The notes: generated by a model not told the origin, from the sequence alone. DNA of 64,000 nt from Haliotis cracherodii (GCF_022045235.1 NW_027266265.1:57350001-57414000); one strand, 5' to 3'; shown: positions 1-13,137, numbered from the stretch's first letter. A program made the numbers and translations.

Positions 1-487
1 ATTAAACTAAACTCATTATCATCCAAACCTGGCTCTCACAGGCAATATCACTTGGGTGAAATCAAGCAATATGTACATTGTAGATATCACTGCAATGAAA
101 TTGCATCACAGTGCTTTGCATACCATTGTGACGTCATTGGTCACAATTAAATGACATCACTAATGGCTCTGCTACTGAAGCTGTAAGCAGTACTCTTTAC
201 ACTTATGACACTGCTTGTTACTGTCTACAAACTGCAGAATGACGTTGGATGATAAATAGAATCTCACCCTTGTGTCTTTTGATATGAAATACATCTATTA
301 TTGATATCAAAAGACATTTGGGTGAGATTCTCCATTTCACACAACTTGATATGACACTCATGGATTGATGTAGTGACACTTCTAATGCCCGAGTACACTG
401 AAGGTTTAGTGAGTACTGGATTAATGTCCATGCAATATATTATCTGTTTGTGGGGGAAAATATATTTTATGTGAGCCATTGACACCC

Positions 488-666
488 AAATCAGTGTCAC
501 ACCTGTAGCATTAACTTAAATCAGTGTTACAGCTGTACCATGAATTTAAATCAGTGTTACAGCTGTAACATCATAAATCAGTGTTACAGCTGTAGCATGA
601 ACTTAAATCAGTGTTACAGCTGTAGCATGAACTTAAATCAGTGTTACAGCTGTAGCATGAACTTAA
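488..666. repeat. 30-bp minisatellite, ~6 copies
   Basis: aaatcagtgttacagctgtagcatgaactt. Confidence 0.9.
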
Positions 667-1529
667 GTGATCAACTATGACATGGTTATCCCAGGATTCC
701 CTCCGGCATTCTGCCAATGCATCATTTGACATGACCATGAAACTGTCTCCTTCATGGCCTGGGTTGGAGAGTCTATTATCATTCTGACTGCCAAGTGCCA
801 GCTCAATTTGACTGGTTGTGATTTAGGTGTTGGAAGTTATTTGTACTCTATGACTGATGTATACGGTTATTTGTACTCTATGACTGGTGTGTACGGTTAT
901 TTATGAGTGCTCTCAAGGGTCTGTAATAGTTGAGTCTTGTCAAGAGATTTGAGGCCCGGTGTCAATTCCATCTTCAAATGGAAGTGTGGGGTGAAATCGA
1001 GAGCTTTTATCAATGATTGAAAGGTAGTAATTGATTACAATTGTGGGTTTTTATATGTTGTTTGAAATAAAATGTATATCGTGTCATCATGGTCCTGATT
1101 GGTGTTTTGTATGTAATATGTAGGGTGAGTTATAATTCATGTCACCTCGGCATGACTTCAGCCATAGAGGGATGAGGAGATCAATGGGAAGGGGTTGAGA
1201 GCACAGAACATGTAGACTCAGAACCAACACCGTTTACACATTTAATACCTCACTTATGGATTTGTGTTGCTAGGGTTTCATTATGTTAGTTACAGGGAGT
1301 TACCTAGACCTGCTCAGAGGCCGATATAAGGCCCAAAGTCTGCAGGAAATGTCGGTATAAATTCCCGAATTAAAATTTTAACATTTCCCAATTCATGCTG
1401 TTATGTTTGTAACTGATGTTACTTTGTAAGGCAGCTTGTATTTTACTGAAGTTAAAAACATATATAATTTCAGTGATATAGTACTTTTGAATTTAGGAAA
1501 ATAAGAACAACATAACAATGTTATCTGAA

Positions 1530-2041
1530 GGAAGAGAAGATATGAATGTCAGCTTGTTTATTATGAGGAAAACGTTTCGGAGTATATACTAACTCCTTCA
1601 TCAGTCTTCATCATCTTTCATCCGGTGAATTCACCTGATGAAGGAGTAAGTATGTACTTTGAAACGTTTTCCTCATAATAGTGAGTGAGTGAGTTGGGTT
1701 TAACGCCGCTTTTAACAGTATTACAGTTATATCGCGGCGTGTCAGCTTAATGTGGGAGGAAAGCCCGAAGTGATGCAGGTCAACGACGTTTACCACTTCG
1801 ATGAAACCCACGAGCACGGGTATGGTGCTGACAAACCTAGAAACATAATTGGGGCGAACCGGGATTCGAACCCACAATCATAGGTTTCTGGCGTGCCCAA
1901 GGGACGCAACTCTGCACAGCGAATCGTGGCGCCTTTGACGACTGGGCCACCCGTGCCCCCTTTTCCTCATAATAAAGAAGTTGACATCCATAAATTCTCT
2001 TCCATATGTGTATCACTTCTAAATGCCTTTCAAAGACTTAA
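1530..2041. mobile_element. Palindromic non-autonomous element with CTGATGA...GAAAC core (Penelope-like terminal repeat derivative?), interrupted by a SINE
   Basis: Inverted arms ggaagagaa...tccttcatcag / ctgatgaaggag...ttctcttcc; relatives at 41647, 56553, 58031, 62284. Confidence 0.65.
1681..1960 (-). mobile_element. tRNA-derived SINE, family 1, full length
   Basis: A-box-like TGGCCCAGTCG, B box GGTTCGAATCCC, (CTCA)n tail, 14-bp TSD ttttcctcataata (1667-1680 / 1961-1974). Confidence 0.9.
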
Positions 2042-2156
2042 TTTTATCTTATTTGCATGCCATTGGCACTTAGTTTGGAATCTTAGATAAGTCCCTGAGT
2101 TTTGTAAAGTACTTCATTGAAATATTGCTGTTGCTAACCGTTTTGTTTCCTTTCAG

Positions 2157-2219
2157 TATTCAGGGTTTCAGCAAACTGCGGAGAAGTGCGTGGTTTGTGG
2201 CCATCTCATTATGGAAATG
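2157..2219 (+). CDS. WTIP: WTIP-like exon (start of LIM2)
   Basis: tttcag|TATTCAGGG...GAAATG|gtgagt; [21 protein letters not shown]. Confidence 0.93.
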
Positions 2220-5200
2220 GTGAGTAGTGTTCAAGAGGCTGGGTCTGAGGGTGAGGTCTGGTCGCTGGATCTGATGGCTGGGTGTGATGGCAGGGATTGA
2301 TAGCTGGGTCTGAGAGTGGGGTCTGATATCTGGGTCTTATAGCAGAGTCTGATAGCTGGGTCTGATATCGGGGTCTGAGGGTGAGGTCTGGTAGCTGGGT
2401 CTGATGGCAGGGTCTCATAGCTGGGTCTGTAAGTAGCAAGAGGTGACTATTAACCATTGGATGACTGTGGAGATACCCTGAATGGTTCTTCAGCAACCCA
2501 TGCTTTTCATAGGAGGTGACTAAGCTTACAGACTGCCGTCATATAGCTAGAATATTGCGGAGTGTTGTGTTAAACAACAATCAAATGAAATTAACTGCTG
2601 GGACTTAGTACTACACTGCTTTGAAACGATAGTCTCTGTGGTCTAATTGATAGAGCACCTGCCCAGAGAGCAGAGGTCTTTAATTGGATCCACTGCTGCA
2701 TCATACCAAAAGACATTACAAAATGGTACTTATTGTTACCCTGCCTGATGTTTGGCTTTAAAGGGGTAAAACAAGGACTGGTTGGTGTAGAAACAGTATA
2801 CTGTGTCTGAGTGGGGTATCCATGTTAAACGGTGTCATTAGATCTTAGTAGACTTGTACAAGCAGCCACACACACACGCATGTCGCTATGTGATTGCAGT
2901 AATCTTTAACACGATGTTCGAGAATGCTTCCAGAATGCCTTAAATGAATTAACTCCGGTGCCACTGATTGACTTTTATCCATACTTTTGTGCATGAGATT
3001 TAGCACATTCTTTCCTGTTTGTTTTGAACTATTTTTGAGATTCCGTGTCTCATGTTCAAGGGGGTATTGGTGGCCACAGGCCTTTAAGACTTTTAGATTC
3101 ACTGTTCACTCACTTGTTTTAATCTGACCGATAGTTGGCACGCTGTCCTATTTCTAAGTTTTCTGTTTTCCTTTCAGATCTTGCAAGCCATGGGGAAGTC
3201 ATATCACCCAGGTTGTTTTCGATGTTGTATTTGCAACGAGTGTCTGGATGGCGTTCCCTTCACGATCGACGTTGATAACAAGATCTACTGTGTGGCAGAT
3301 TATCACAGGTTTGTCAGCACCGCACCATTCCTGGTTGTTCTACCTCATGTATTGTGTTGTTTCAATCTTTTCAAAACTAAATGCTTTAAAAACCACTCGA
3401 CAAAGATTATGTATTTTTTTCTCCTTTCTTTTAAATATTGTTGTTCTATTACCCTGTTTACACTATATTTATGGGATAATCCTAACAATTTTCAATGTTT
3501 TCAGAACAAATTTGACAAATACAATTTTTCAAATGCATTTAACTTACTTTTGCTTATTATATTTTGAACTATCAACTTTTTCTAGTTAAATGTTTTTGTA
3601 CAGGAGGACTTGAAGTGTTCTTTGTGTTGTTTTAAACAACGTGTTTATGATTCTCGTCCATTGTTTCAGAGTGTATGCTCCCAAGTGTGCAGCGTGTGGA
3701 CACGCCATCACCCCAGTTGATGTGAGTTGACTAGTAGACACTGACGGAGGAACTAACCTCACATACCTGGGAACCCATCAGTGGGAACATGGTCATATTG
3801 TCATTGTACCAACATGAAACAGTGTGGATTTATCAACTGTATTGAGGGAAACTTTTCAGTTGTGCAGACATTTCACAAATCTGTTCAAGGGTCTAGGTTA
3901 ATGTTTCATCTCTGAAAATATCTAGTTTTAAGAGAAACAAGCAACTACATTTAAATTGAAAAGGAGCCCTTGAACCTGTGGAAAATCTAGACTTGCTTCA
4001 TTTAGGGATTACAGTAAGGTCGGGTCAGTCGTGTAGCCTAGTGGTTGAAACGTTCAACATACCGAAGACCCGGGTTCGATTTCCCACAATCATGGGTACA
4101 ATGTGTGAAGCCCATTTCTGGTCCCTAAACAAAGCTCATTGCTAAAAGTGGTGTAAAACCATTCTCACTCACAGTAAGGGCTGGGCAGAAGGGAACATAA
4201 ATTGTTCCAGGGACTGTGGGACAGACTATTCAAGGGGCCTACAAAAGGTGTTAGTATTTTCTACAACTGCTACTAATTAGTTGAATTGGGGTTCAATTCC
4301 CCACATAGGTACAATGTGTGAAGTCCTTTTCTGGTGTCCTCTGACGCGTTATTGCTGGAATATTGCCAAAAGCTCTCTCCTGAGAACTGTGTTGTATATA
4401 TGACGTATTTGCTGTTGTGTTGTATATATGATTTATTTGCTGTTATGTTGTAACAGGGTACAGAGGAGACTGTGCGGGTCGTCTCTATGGACAAGGACTT
4501 CCATGTCGACTGTTATCATTGTGAGGTAAGAGTTATCTCCCTTTTCAATCCTAACGCATCGTCATAGCGACATCCATCATCATGTCAACTTGCAGACTAA
4601 CCCCCCAAAACACTGAGATGTCTCTGTCAGAATCTGTGTCACACATTACTTAGACAGGAGATGGTTAGACTTTGAAAGAAAAACTTAGCACCCACGGAAC
4701 CTTGTGTTCTTTGAGTACAAATGACACATTGAATAAAACAAACAGTTTACATCCAGTTCAAGTAATTTAATTGACATCATGCTAATTCTGAAGATCTGTT
4801 ATCACTCCTTTGAATGGTTCTTATGATCCTATATTACAAAACTATTATTTCATCATTGCCTGGAATCCTGTCTTTCGGTTATCATCACACAATAAAATCT
4901 TCAGATTTTCAACCAAAGTCTTCTTCACTGTTAACTATCCATAAGTTGTGCAAGTACAATAGATCTTAGGGCTCCTTGGTGATATGACTGGCAAGACGTC
5001 TGATGAGTAGAGACATCTCAAGCATCAGTCGTGCACTAACCTGAGTATTGTATCAGTGTCTGTATGTCGATGCATAGCTATAGAGGAAGAGTGGATGTGG
5101 GTAAGAGAGCGGATATGTTGATCAACCATGGTAGCACCAGGCATGGAGGCGGATAGCTTGCATCGTAGGACTAGCTAGACCACGACTTGTCGATGTAACA

Positions 5201-8200
5201 CTTCATGTGGAGATGTGTTGATGTTGTGTGAGGTCAGGAGAATGCACTAATGCCGCACCGGTGAACCTCTAATGGCAGTCTTGGATCGGGCTAGAGTTTA
5301 CACAACAGAGATTCAGTCATTCTGAAGAAGCTTATGGCAAGTTAAGTTCTTGGCCTTGCTTCAAGAATTATATGTTTTGGGAACCTAGAATTAGAAGGAG
5401 TGTTTTTTAATTGGTCAGTGCATCGGGCTTCCGGTTGACCTGAGAAGCTGCTCACTAGGGGACAAAATGTTTTGCTAAATATTATTTATTGATTTATGAT
5501 GCACAGGTAATTCCATAAGTTTAAGTAATCAGTGAGTCTGTTTTGTCGTTCAAATGTATGTTTAGGACAAAAGTCTTAAGAAAACCACTCAAACTGAAGT
5601 CACTTAAAGCATATGTATAATTTGCTGTCAAATGTTTTGCAAACTTTCTTGTATGTGACGCTTTGATATTCATTGACATCAAACTTTTCATCTCTGCATT
5701 TGTACAATATAAAGTATTTTGTACAATATTTTTAAATAAAAAAAACTAAAGACTCATCATGCTCCGGGTATATATGAGTGTAGTAGTCAAGGGGAGACAA
5801 CTCTGTATTGCATATGAATCCTGTTCTGCTACAGAGAAAGAATGAATGGCTGTTAGGTTTTAACGATGGTGAGGGAGCATATATACGATGGTGAGGGAGC
5901 ATATAAACGATGGTGAGGGAGCATATAAACGATGGTGAGGGAGCATATAAACGATGGTGAGGGAGCATATATACGATGGTGAGGGAGCATATATACGATG
6001 GTGAGGGAGCATATATTCGTGTTGTTTGCCTTCACACATCTGCTTCTCTTTCAGGGCAAAAGAAAATCGGCTGAGCTGTATGCTCAAATATAAAGCAAAA
6101 TAAGGGTTAATATCAGTTCACGTAGACTTTCCCCCTTTTCCTAGCTTGGATAGCTCCTGGTCCTGGTGTCCTGGCATTGGTCTTATTGCATTGAACATAA
6201 CACGTGTTGGATGCTGAGTAGAAATTAACCATTGAAAACAACTGTAGTGCGCAGCTTCCTAAGAGTTGATACAGTTGAAAGGGTGTTATCCTTGATGTAG
6301 TTGCAGTTTGTGCAAGTTGGTTTTGTAGAAATTTGATTGCTAATTTGTGCATACTTCCTTTTCTTGCATTTTTCATTCCAACCTGTTCTGAAATTGAACC
6401 TGCTTGCATTCTTCCCATTCACAGTAGTTTTAAGACTTGGACTTTGCACCCAGATTGTACTTATTTCCATAAAAATAAAAAAAATATCTATCAGTAAAGA
6501 TTGTGTTGGTGGGTACAGAAGAACAGACTGAAACTTCTGATCCTGGTTTTAAGTACCTGAATAACCTAAGATGAAAAATGCATGACCTGTGGTTTTCCTT
6601 CCAAGATTTAGCGGCTGTGACAGGATGGAAATATTGAGACACTCACTTAGTACGATGATCCATAGCTGACTGAACACTTAGGAGCTTCTTAAAATGAACT
6701 CACTAGTTTTATTTTAGTTTTAGAGTAACTTAGACAATTTTCATTTCTCTCTTTGCATTTCTTCAACATTTGACAAAATTATGTGATCACATTGCCGTCA
6801 GTGGGACATCCTACACTGGACCTAGTATTTCAGATTTCATGATAAAAAATTGATTTAAAAATATGCTGCATTCTGATTGGACCATACATTTATCACTGGT
6901 TCATCTAATCAAGTTGGACGTCCATGTAAAGATGGCAATACTCATGAACAGGAACTTCTTAGTGCATGCTAGCTTACATAGCCCATCATTCATGCTTGCC
7001 TCAATCATTTTCTCATTCATTCTCTGTTTTGATATTTGCTGTATCAGATTATGTTTTGTTGTTTACAATGTTTTTTTAAGTACATATAGTGGCATATTGC
7101 TGCTTATTAAGTCCGTCGTACGTGTGTACATGTTTATTCTGCTTCCTGCTTTCACAGATAGATGGGAAGCCAGGGACGTAAGGTATTCTCCTGGTCGTAG
7201 TTTCCCACCAACTCAGTAGCATGTTTTAGGTTTTTTTGAAAAGCAAGGATTTTGTTTATTTTTCAATGGTTACATTTTAAGTATTTTTTTCGTTTGTTCA
7301 ATATGTCTGAGGTGCTTGCTTTAATCATCTTGTGACACCTGATAGACAGAGAGTATATTCTAGAAATACACAACACCCTCTCTCCCTCCCCTTATCCAAC
7401 AGTTTTTATTATTACCTGTTTACTTTGGGTAACTGGTTTTTATCTTAATATTTTCCATTCTAAAAAAGAAAGAATTTGTTGCTGTTTTACGTCTTTGTCA
7501 ATTTCCAGATATATCTCTTCTGTTTTATCCAAGAAAGATAGCATTGCACCAACCTTACAGCATATATATATAATAAAGTCTCCGATATAAGCCTGACTGT
7601 AGATACAGTCCCATTGCCTATAGCTATTAGATGTTTAGGCTAATTGACCCCTCCTAATTCCTACCCGACCTATCTATTATCATTATCATCTAACTTATCT
7701 ACTTTTCAAAGAAATTTTAATAATTTCATTACTTTTGTTTGGGAATACTTGTAATATGAATTATGTCTTCTGAGAATATGCATGTGTTCAGATAGTCACT
7801 TTCACAGCACGGCTATGGGGAAGTCAGAAGTTTTCCTGCAAATAGTTGACACATTTATGACAGTTCAAGGGAGACAACTCTGTTTGGAAGCACAACCAAT
7901 ATATTAATGTAAAGATTTTATAACCTATAGACATTGCATGCAGGTCATGAGTACATGGTGTAGAACATATTGAATATTCCTGTGTATTCCTGAGTACATG
8001 GTGTATAACATATTGAATATTCCTGTGTATTCCTGAGTACTTGGTGTAGAACATATTGAATAATCCTGTGTATTCCTGAGTACATGGTGTATAACATATT
8101 GAATATTCCTGTGTATTCCTGAGTACTTGGTGTAGAACATATTGAATAATCCTGTGTATTCCTGAGTACATGGTGTAGAACATATTGAATATTCCTGTGT

Positions 8201-11200
8201 ATTCCTGAGTACATGGTGTAGAACATATTGAATAATCCTGTGTATTCCTGAGTACATGGTGTAGAACATATTGAATATTCCTGTGTATTCCTGAGTACTT
8301 GGTGTAGAACATATTGAATAATCCTGTGTATTCCTGAGTACATGGTGTATAACATATTGAATATTCCTGTGTATTCCTGAGTACTTGGTGTAGAACATAT
8401 TGAATAATCCTGTGTATTCCTGAGTACATGGTGTATAACATATTGAATATTCCTGTGTATTCCTGAGTACTTGGTGTAGAACATATTGAATAATCCTGTG
8501 TATTCCTGAGTACATGGTGTAGAACATATTGAATATTCCTGTGTATTCCTGAGTACATGGTGTAGAACATATTGAATAATCCTGTGTATTCCTGAGTACA
8601 TGGTGTAGAACATATTGAATATTCCTGTGTATTCCTGAGTACTTGGTGTAGAACATATTGAATAATCCTGTGTATTCCTGAGTACATGGTGTAGAACATA
8701 TTGAATATTCCTGTGTATTCCTGAGTACTTGGTGTAGAACATATTGAATAATCCTGTGTATTCCTGAGTACATGGTGTATAACATATTGAATATTCCTGT
8801 GTATTCCTGAGTACTTGGTGTAGAACATATTGAATAATCCTGTGTATTCCTGAGTACATGGTGTATAACATATTGAATATTCCTGTGTATTCCTGAGTAC
8901 TTGGTGTAGAACATATTGAATAATCCTGTGTATTCCTGAGTACATGGTGTAGAACATATTGAATATTCCTGTGTATTCCTGAGTACATGGTGTAGAACAT
9001 ATTGAATAATCCTGTGTATTCCTGAGTACATGGTGTAGAACATATTGAATATTCCTGTGTATTCCTGAGTACTTGGTGTAGAACATATTGAATAATCCTG
9101 TGTATTCCTGAGTACATGGTGTATAACATATTGAATATTCCTGTGTATTCCTGAGTACTTGGTGTAGAACATATTGAATATTCCTGTGTATTCCTGAGTA
9201 CTTGGTGTAGAACATATTGAATATTCCTGTGTATTCCTGAGTACTTGGTGTATAACATATTGAATATTCCTGTGTATTCCTGAGTACTTGGTGTAGAACA
9301 TATTGAATATTCCTAAGTACATGGTGTAGAACATATTGAATATTCCTGTGTATTCCTGAGTACATGGTGTAGAACATATTGAATATTCCTGTGTATTCCT
9401 GAGTACATCGTGTAGAACATATTGAATAATTTTCATGGAATATGATGTGTATTCCTTGTTAAGTATCAACATATGCATATCATTGTATCAGTGATACTTA
9501 AATATATATTTACTGTACATTGTATTTGAATCCATTTCAACTACATTTACTTATCAATGAAACACTTAGCTGTTCACTAATTGTTTCTAACTATTCAATA
9601 CGGAATGATTGTGCAACCAAAGACGGATATCCACTATAATGAATATGTATGTGATAAAAGTATTTACTGAACCTCTTCTACCCCAGGCTACATTCTAGTA
9701 GACTGTTGGTATATACACAGTATCACTTTACTAGCACACTGGCTACTGGTTGCCACATTGTTAGGGTTGAAGCCAATATTGTTCCTATATGCATGACATC
9801 ACGCATTTACTCAGCATGTCACTAGGGCATGACGCCCATATCACACACGTCATGAGTCTGTCATGCCTAGGGAGGACCATGTATGTATTGTATGTGTTGT
9901 GCTACTAGCTGATTAACACTGAACACTTTTAAACATTGACATTTTCTTAAAAGGACTGTAGTCTCATAAGCTAGGATTAGATCTGATTTCGACTGGCAAA
10001 ACTTTCTTTGACACAGCTTGTAATCAAGTAACATACTAAACTGGATGAATAATTAAGTTTGCAATTGACATTTCCTCAATACATCTTTTAGTTTTCGATC
10101 CACACCAAACAGACACACTATGATGTAACTGAAATACTGTTCTAAGCATCGTCAAAACAAACTCACTGACTCGTCAATAACACCAATGTTGAGACAGACT
10201 TTTGTTAGAAAGCCAGTATTTTACATTAACTAAACATGAAATCAGTTGAATGCTGAAGTTCAATTCCCTCCTAAACACAATGCCCTCTGGTTTGTGCAAC
10301 ATCGGGGGCACGAGAGTTGTGGACATGACCTGTTGTAAGAGTAACACACACAAGCCTGCATCTGATCGAATGCCTGGTATATGAACACTAATCTGTGAAA
10401 ATAACGTTCCTGTGGTGTGATTAACTTGCCTGTGCTGCCATCTGTCTGTACTGCTGATCTAGACTTAACAGTATCAGACCTCCTATCTGGGTAGTTAGCA
10501 GTAGAACTCATGGAACCGGCATAGCCATGTTATGTGATGGGAGTAGCTGTTCAAGTAGATTCTATATTACGTAACATACAAATTTTAAAAAAAAAATTGA
10601 AACATATTTGCTTCTTTTGAAGTATTATTTTTCTCTTTTTAAAAATAATTTAATACATTATCTTTATTAAATTAATAGAAGATGATGTAGTGGAGAGTGA
10701 TTATTGTTTAACGCCGCATCAGCAATCTTGCAGCTATTCATGGCGAAAGAAGATACTGTAATATAATTTTATCTATTTTTTACACTTAACCTTTTTATCT
10801 GAATTATTTTATTTGAATTTGAATTGTCAGGTTTTATCAATAATTGGTGTCCCGATTTGTAACTTGTATTATGTGTTTCAGGACTGTGGTATCCAACTCA
10901 CAGACGAACCAGACAAGCGATGTTATCCACTTGAGGAGCACCTGTTCTGCCGAGGCTGTCACATCGCGAGACTCAACATCCAGTACCCTGATGAACAGTT
11001 TTACATAGACCCACTCACATTCAACATTCAGAAAAAGTCGGATCGACATGGAGGTTCAGGGATCATCACAGTGGCGCCATCTAGCTATGCAGCAGTTGCT
11101 ATTAACACCGGGTCCATACCCATTATAAACTCGGACAGAAATCGGGGAGGGGAGGAGATTCAAAATGGAGGCCATAATTTCGATTACCAATATGGTGGCC

Positions 11201-11280
11201 CTCCTCCCTATGCTGCCCCGAACAAACTGACACAAGGCCCACCGAAGCCGGGTACCAAATATCACATCACAGACTTATAG
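2157..11280 (+). CDS. WTIP: Ajuba/LIMD1/WTIP-family LIM protein, 3' part of gene (5 exons; 5' exons outside window)
   Basis: Exons 2157-2219, 3178-3308, 3670-3721, 4457-4525, 10882-11280 join in frame via GT-AG introns: [132 protein letters not shown]..., i.e. LIM2 and LIM3 of the WTIP/LIMD1/Ajuba subfamily as recalled. Confidence 0.93.
2237..2430. repeat. Degenerate ~21-bp tandem repeat just after a donor site
   Basis: gctgggtctga-type units. Confidence 0.8.
3178..3308 (+). CDS. WTIP: WTIP-like exon (LIM2)
   Basis: tttcag|ATCTTG...CACAG|gtttgt; [16 protein letters not shown]...YCVADYH. Confidence 0.95.
3670..3721 (+). CDS. WTIP: WTIP-like exon (LIM3 start)
   Basis: tttcag|AGTGTAT...GTTGAT|gtgagt; [17 protein letters not shown]. 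Confidence 0.93.
4020..4170 (+). mobile_element. tRNA-derived SINE, family 2
   Basis: gtagcctagtggtt A box, gggttcgatt B box, ctcactc tail, TSD acagtaagg (4011-4019 / 4171-4179). Confidence 0.85.
4457..4525 (+). CDS. WTIP: WTIP-like exon (LIM3)
   Basis: taacag|GGTACA...TGTGAG|gtaaga; [23 protein letters not shown]. Confidence 0.93.
5862..6016. repeat. 22-bp minisatellite, 7 copies
   Basis: acgatggtgagggagcatatat. Confidence 0.95.
7948..9430. repeat. 43-bp minisatellite, ~34 copies
   Basis: gagtacatggtgtagaacatattgaatattcctgtgtattcct; explains ORFs 7824-9478. Confidence 0.97.
10882..11280 (+). CDS. WTIP: WTIP-like last coding exon (end of LIM3 plus C-terminal tail)
   Basis: tttcag|GACTGTGGT...TTATAG; [27 protein letters not shown]...KYHITDL*. 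Confidence 0.93.
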   Translation, partial: DCGIQLTDEPDKRCYPLEEHLFCRGCHIARLNIQYPDEQFYIDPLTFNIQKKSDRHGGSGIITVAPSSYAAVAINTGSIPIINSDRNRGGEEIQNGGHNFDYQYGGPPPYAAPNKLTQGPPKPGTKYHITDL

Positions 11281-13137
11281 TTGTCATTGACATAGTTTTA
11301 GTGCAAATATATATATTTATTTTCTTATATCGTGTGATCGCCATTGAACAAATGGGTGTAGAGAGAGGTTGATGTATCAGGTGATAAAGGGAGATCACTC
11401 TCAGGTGATAAAGGGAGATCACTCTGCAGCTGAGAGTGCATTTTGGACAGCATTGTTGATTGTGATGCCGCGGGATTCCCTGTATGGACAAAGTGTGTGG
11501 TTAACCTCAGGAGGCTGAGTTGGCTTCATGGAGGGTATAGACATGGCTTTCTATCAACAATTGTGTTTGCAGACTGTCTCAAAACTTTGTTTCCCGGAAA
11601 CTTTGCATATTTCAGCGTACATGTTAAGATGAGCTACGCTGTCTCCAGAGTGAATGTGATGTTACTTTTGTTTTTTTAATTTCAGGTGGTTGTGCTTGCT
11701 CTTCAGTTCTAGGGTTATGTTGATGGAAATTTTGCTTGTGGATTTCCAATAGCCACGTCTTTCATTTCAACCCAAACTTTCATCAGTTTCATCCATTTTC
11801 ATATCTTAAGAATCTCTCTCCTGTGTATCCAAAAGTGATGTGTCATATGTTTTGTGAGTGAAACAATATTAGGAAGAAATTATTTATAAAGAATAATTTA
11901 GATAAATATATTTTATTTAGCTGGAGATGTGGTCTCAGTTGACAAGAACACTGTATTTGACATATGCGACCTGGGCTCTTTAATGACACACATGGTAAAC
12001 AAGCTTGTAACAATCCTAATGACATTGGCCAGCCCTTTGAGCATCTATAACAGTGTTGCCTGGCAACACAAGGAAGTTGGATTCCCCCAGCCTTGTGTGG
12101 GTAGAAGATGCTGAAGTCACATCACCTTTCATGCTGTGACTAGGAGAGCTTGGTGGTTCATCAACTTGTAGTTTCTATATGATTACAAGACTATGGGAAC
12201 CATATTTGCATGATGCATACAGGCTGCTGTCATACAGCTGGAATATTGCTGAGTGCGGCATTAAACAACAAACAAAATTCGAACCTATTTGGCCAGCAAT
12301 CCAAATCAAGTGCCAAGAAATGTCGTCATGCATCCAGTCGAGCACATGGCAATACTGTCGAAGCATCTTCTGGTGATAACACAGTCAGCACGGACTGCCA
12401 TGGGCGACAATGTACACCTGAGGTCAAAGAGAGGTTTTAATAAAAAAAATACTTAACCTCTATTAAATCATTGTCATAAATCCTGAATTTGGGCTGTCAT
12501 CACACTTAAGAAAATACTTTGATTTTCCACATAGGTCCTCTTCACTGTCAGCTGTCCATAATCAGTTGTGCAAGTAATAGTGTCTTGATCCAATGATATT
12601 TTTAGTATAGGATCAATCTTTTCATATTTTGGTGGGGTTCATATTTTTGGGGAGACGAAATATTTCATACAACTATTTTTCTGAAAGGAGACAATTATTT
12701 TTTACACAGTACATTTTTTTCGGGACATCTGTCGTGCCTTCAAATATATATTTTTAAATTTTTTTGTCAATATTAAATTTATATTTATTTGGAACAAATG
12801 GTTATATTTTCTACAGTCCCAGGGCCTCCAAGAATATGACATGGTGGGGTCCTCTCTTGCCATGCTGAACGCTGTTGTAGGGGCACCTGTCCACCTGTCC
12901 ACTCTGTGCCGTAGCGGGACCAAGTCGCTATGTCACATACATCGTGTTTCTGAAAGTCAGGATTGTTCGCCGAACATGCATTTTCTCTCTTTCGCATAAT
13001 GTGTCACAGAGATTGGTTGGATGGGTTCGTGATTGGTTTGTACAGCTTCTTCTAGTGCCAGAAATGTGATGATTTGTTGCCTGCTAGTGCTGCTTGATAT
13101 ACGGTAACCAGAGAACTAGCCAGTTTGTTACATCTAT

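Noticed and set aside
1850-1960. tRNA gene
   Set aside because: The A/B boxes belong to a SINE with body, tail and TSD present in many diverged copies.
7824-9478. 437-517 aa ORFs in three minus frames
   Set aside because: Translations of a stop-free 43-bp repeat inside an intron; no splice or domain support.
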